Shown: positions 62,171 through 64,000 of the stretch, one piece after another
How the letters are laid out: the number at the start of each line of letters is the position of its first letter
How positions within the stretch are numbered: position 1 is the first letter of the stretch
Assembly (NCBI GenBank): GCA_944360115.1
Contig: CALVTH010000002.1
Location: forward strand, 6,853 to 70,852
Source of the DNA: an uncultured Clostridia bacterium
Lineage (GTDB): Bacteria > Bacillota > Clostridia > Christensenellales > CAG-917
Direction of reading: 5' to 3'
Length of the DNA stretch: 64,000 nucleotides
Program-made: the position numbers and the translations under genes
Notes under the pieces: model-generated
Seen by the model: the letters and a program-made list of their open reading frames with translations, nothing else
What the model was told of the DNA's origin: nothing
Databases searched by the model: none

Positions 62171-64000
62171 TTACCTCCCGTCGTCCTCTCCGCCCACGGC
62201 GAAGTCGTCCACGCGGTTGAAATCCGCGTAGCGGTAAATGTAATCCTTTCGCACGGCGCTGTCGTCGCCCATAAGCACGGATATGCGCCTGTCGGCGACT
62301 GCGGCGTCCTCTATGGTCACCCTGGTCAGCGTCCTGTGTGCGGGATCCATGGTGGTCTCCCAGAGTTGCTCGGGATTCATTTCGCCGAGACCCTTGAAAC
62401 GCTGAAGCAACGCGTTCTTGCCCATTTCTTTCCTGCCCTCTTCGAGAGCGGCGTCGTCGTAGAAATAGCGCACCTCGTCCTTGCGTTGCATTTTGTAAAG
62501 CGGGGGCATACCGATGTAGACATGACCTTCGGTGATGAGCGGACGCATATAGCGGAAAAAGAAAGTGAGCAACAGGGCGCGTATGTGCGCGCCGTCCTGG
62601 TCGGCGTCGGCGAGAATTATCACCTTGTCGTACTTGAGGTCGTCAATCTCGAACTGGGGTTCTATGCCCGTGCCCAGCGCGGATATAATGGTGGAAATTT
62701 CTTCGTTGGCGAGTATTTTTTCAAGCGGTGCTTTCTCGACATTGAGCGGCTTGCCGCGCAAAGGAAGAATTGCCTGAAAACTGCGGTCTCGCGCCTGTTT
62801 CGCGCTGCCGCCCGCGCTGTCGCCCTCGACGATGAAAAGCTCGTTGACGGCGGCGTTCTTGCCCGTGCAGCTGCTCAGTTTGCCCACGAGGTTCGAGCCG
62901 TTGAGTTTGTTCTGCTGACGCGCGATGTCCTTCGCCCTCTTCGCCGCCTCGCGGGAGCGCGCCGCGCCCATTGCCTTGGCGACGATTTTCTCGGCGGCTG
63001 ACTTGAATCCGCGCATTGCGATGAGAGCCTCGAGCCTTTCCGCCACGAGATTCTCCACCTTGGAACGCACCTCGGGGTTGCCCAGTTTGCTCTTGGTCTG
63101 CCCCTCGAACTGCACATTCTGCATTTTGACGGTGATGACCGCCACCATACCTTCGCGGAAATCCTCACCGAGCAGGTTCTGCTGTTTCTCTTTCAGGATG
63201 TTGTTCTTGCGTGCGAATTCGTTGAAAACCTTGGTGACGGCGGATTTGAATCCCACCTCGTGCGTGCCGCCCTCGGGAGTGGGTATACTGTTGACATAGG
63301 AATGGATGTGCTCGGCGTAACTGTCGGTGTGCTGTATTGCGACCGCCACCTCGAAATTGGGCTCTTTGGCTTCCACATAAAGGGGCTTGTCGTACAGCAC
63401 GGCGCGCCCTTCGTTGATGTACTGCACATAGTCGGCAATGCCGCCTGCGTAGCACAGGGTGTCGCTCCTCTCCGTGCCGCCGTAAAGGGGCAGGCGCTCG
63501 TCGGTAATGACGATTTTGATACCCTTGTTGAGATAGGCGACCTCGCGCATACGGTCGATGACGGTGTCGTAGTCGTACTTCTCTTTGCCGAACACCCTCT
63601 CGTCGGCTTTGAAAGTGACGACGGAGCCTTTCTGTTTGGTCGCTCCGACGAAAGTCAACGGGGTTTTGATGACGCCGCTCTTGATTTTGCCGCCCACTTC
63701 GGGGGAATGGAATTCCGCACGGTACTTCTTGCCATCGCGGTGCACCTCGACGGTCAGCCATTCCGACAGCGCGTTGGTGACCGACGCGCCCACGCCGTGC
63801 AGACCGCCCGAGTACGCGTATTGTCCGCTGTCGAACTTCGCGCCGGCGTGGAGTTGAGTGAACACCACTTCGACGCCGCTTATGCGCAGTTTGGGGTGCT
63901 TGTCGACGGGGATACCCCTGCCGTTGTCGGACACCCTCACCACATTGTCGTCGAGAAAGGTCACGGTGACCGTGTCGCCGTAACCGTTGGCGACTTCGTC
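62171..64000 (-). CDS. parE: type IIA topoisomerase subunit B, ParE-like; N-terminus beyond the right edge
   Basis: The frame is open to the window end (…DEVANGYGDTVTVTFLDDNVVRVSDNGRGIPV). Toprim EGDSAGG, PLRGK and DADQDGAHI. Confidence 0.85.
   Translation of the reverse strand, partial: DEVANGYGDTVTVTFLDDNVVRVSDNGRGIPVDKHPKLRISGVEVVFTQLHAGAKFDSGQYAYSGGLHGVGASVTNALSEWLTVEVHRDGKKYRAEFHSPEVGGKIKSGVIKTPLTFVGATKQKGSVVTFKADERVFGKEKYDYDTVIDRMREVAYLNKGIKIVITDERLPLYGGTERSDTLCYAGGIADYVQYINEGRAVLYDKPLYVEAKEPNFEVAVAIQHTDSYAEHIHSYVNSIPTPEGGTHEVGFKSAVTKVFNEFARKNNILKEKQQNLLGEDFREGMVAVITVKMQNVQFEGQTKSKLGNPEVRSKVENLVAERLEALIAMRGFKSAAEKIVAKAMGAARSREAAKRAKDIARQQNKLNGSNLVGKLSSCTGKNAAVNELFIVEGDSAGGSAKQARDRSFQAILPLRGKPLNVEKAPLEKILANEEISTIISALGTGIEPQFEIDDLKYDKVIILADADQDGAHIRALLLTFFFRYMRPLITEGHVYIGMPPLYKMQRKDEVRYFYDDAALEEGRKEMGKNALLQRFKGLGEMNPEQLWETTMDPAHRTLTRVTIEDAAVADRRISVLMGDDSAVRKDYIYRYADFNRVDDFAVGGEDDGR

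Noticed and set aside
1-64000. Mobile elements, prophage, defence islands, or rRNA/tRNA genes.
   Set aside because: I saw no integrase, transposase, recombinase, restriction-modification, Cas, reverse transcriptase or phage structural motifs in any frame. There are no long inverted terminal repeats and no tRNA-like cloverleaf candidates in the spacers. The gene content is core housekeeping.

Overview
GC-rich chromosomal core segment of what looks like an endospore-forming Firmicute (Clostridia-like). Supporting signs are strong GGAGG-type Shine-Dalgarno (SD) sites, near-consensus sigma-A promoters, the sporulation genes yqfC/yqfD, and B. subtilis-like synteny yqfC-yqfD-phoH-pgpH-ybeY-era-yqzL-recO. 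I call 55 protein-coding genes, 52 of them on the minus strand, tightly packed with many 1-4 nt overlaps. I saw no rRNA or tRNA genes, CRISPR arrays, integrases, transposases or phage genes. Gene order left to right (minus strand unless marked +): paaK (partial), iorB, iorA, acyl-CoA ligase, aconitase-family hydratase | DUF2156/GNAT protein, three unknown membrane proteins, valS, pgsA | HAD phosphatase, ddh, mazF(+), nnrD, recX, ilvE, yigZ, a 61-aa Gly/Cys/Tyr-rich ORF, tyrS, rubredoxin (missed by the ORF track), YegP-domain membrane protein, comEC, DUF1667/FAD-oxidoreductase/GlpA-like trio, ppa, M20 peptidase, mrp, large lipoprotein, MFS transporter(+), metA, metY, smpB, secG, CotJC-like protein(+), LMW phosphatase, tsaC/sua5, doubly anchored lipoprotein, recO, yqzL-like, era, ybeY, pgpH, phoH, yqfD, yqfC, dnaB, small lipoprotein, pepF, metallophosphoesterase, CDF transporter, DUF1846, parC, parE (partial). 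Most long plus-strand ORFs in the track are antisense shadow ORFs of GC-rich DNA, and several track ORFs were trimmed to internal starts with good SD sites. The best candidate for something undescribed is the apparent operon pgsA-valS-three membrane proteins-DUF2156/GNAT (6.9-14.5 kb), which reads like a disassembled MprF-type aminoacyl-tRNA-dependent lipid aminoacylation system. Other points worth a second look are an antitoxin-less MazF, a small Gly/Cys/Tyr-rich ORF in an 866-bp gap, a DnaB helicase with a 171-aa acidic tail carrying SSB-tip-like LPFD motifs, unusual leaders, and short repeat arrays. All family calls come from recognising motifs by eye; no database search or folding was run.
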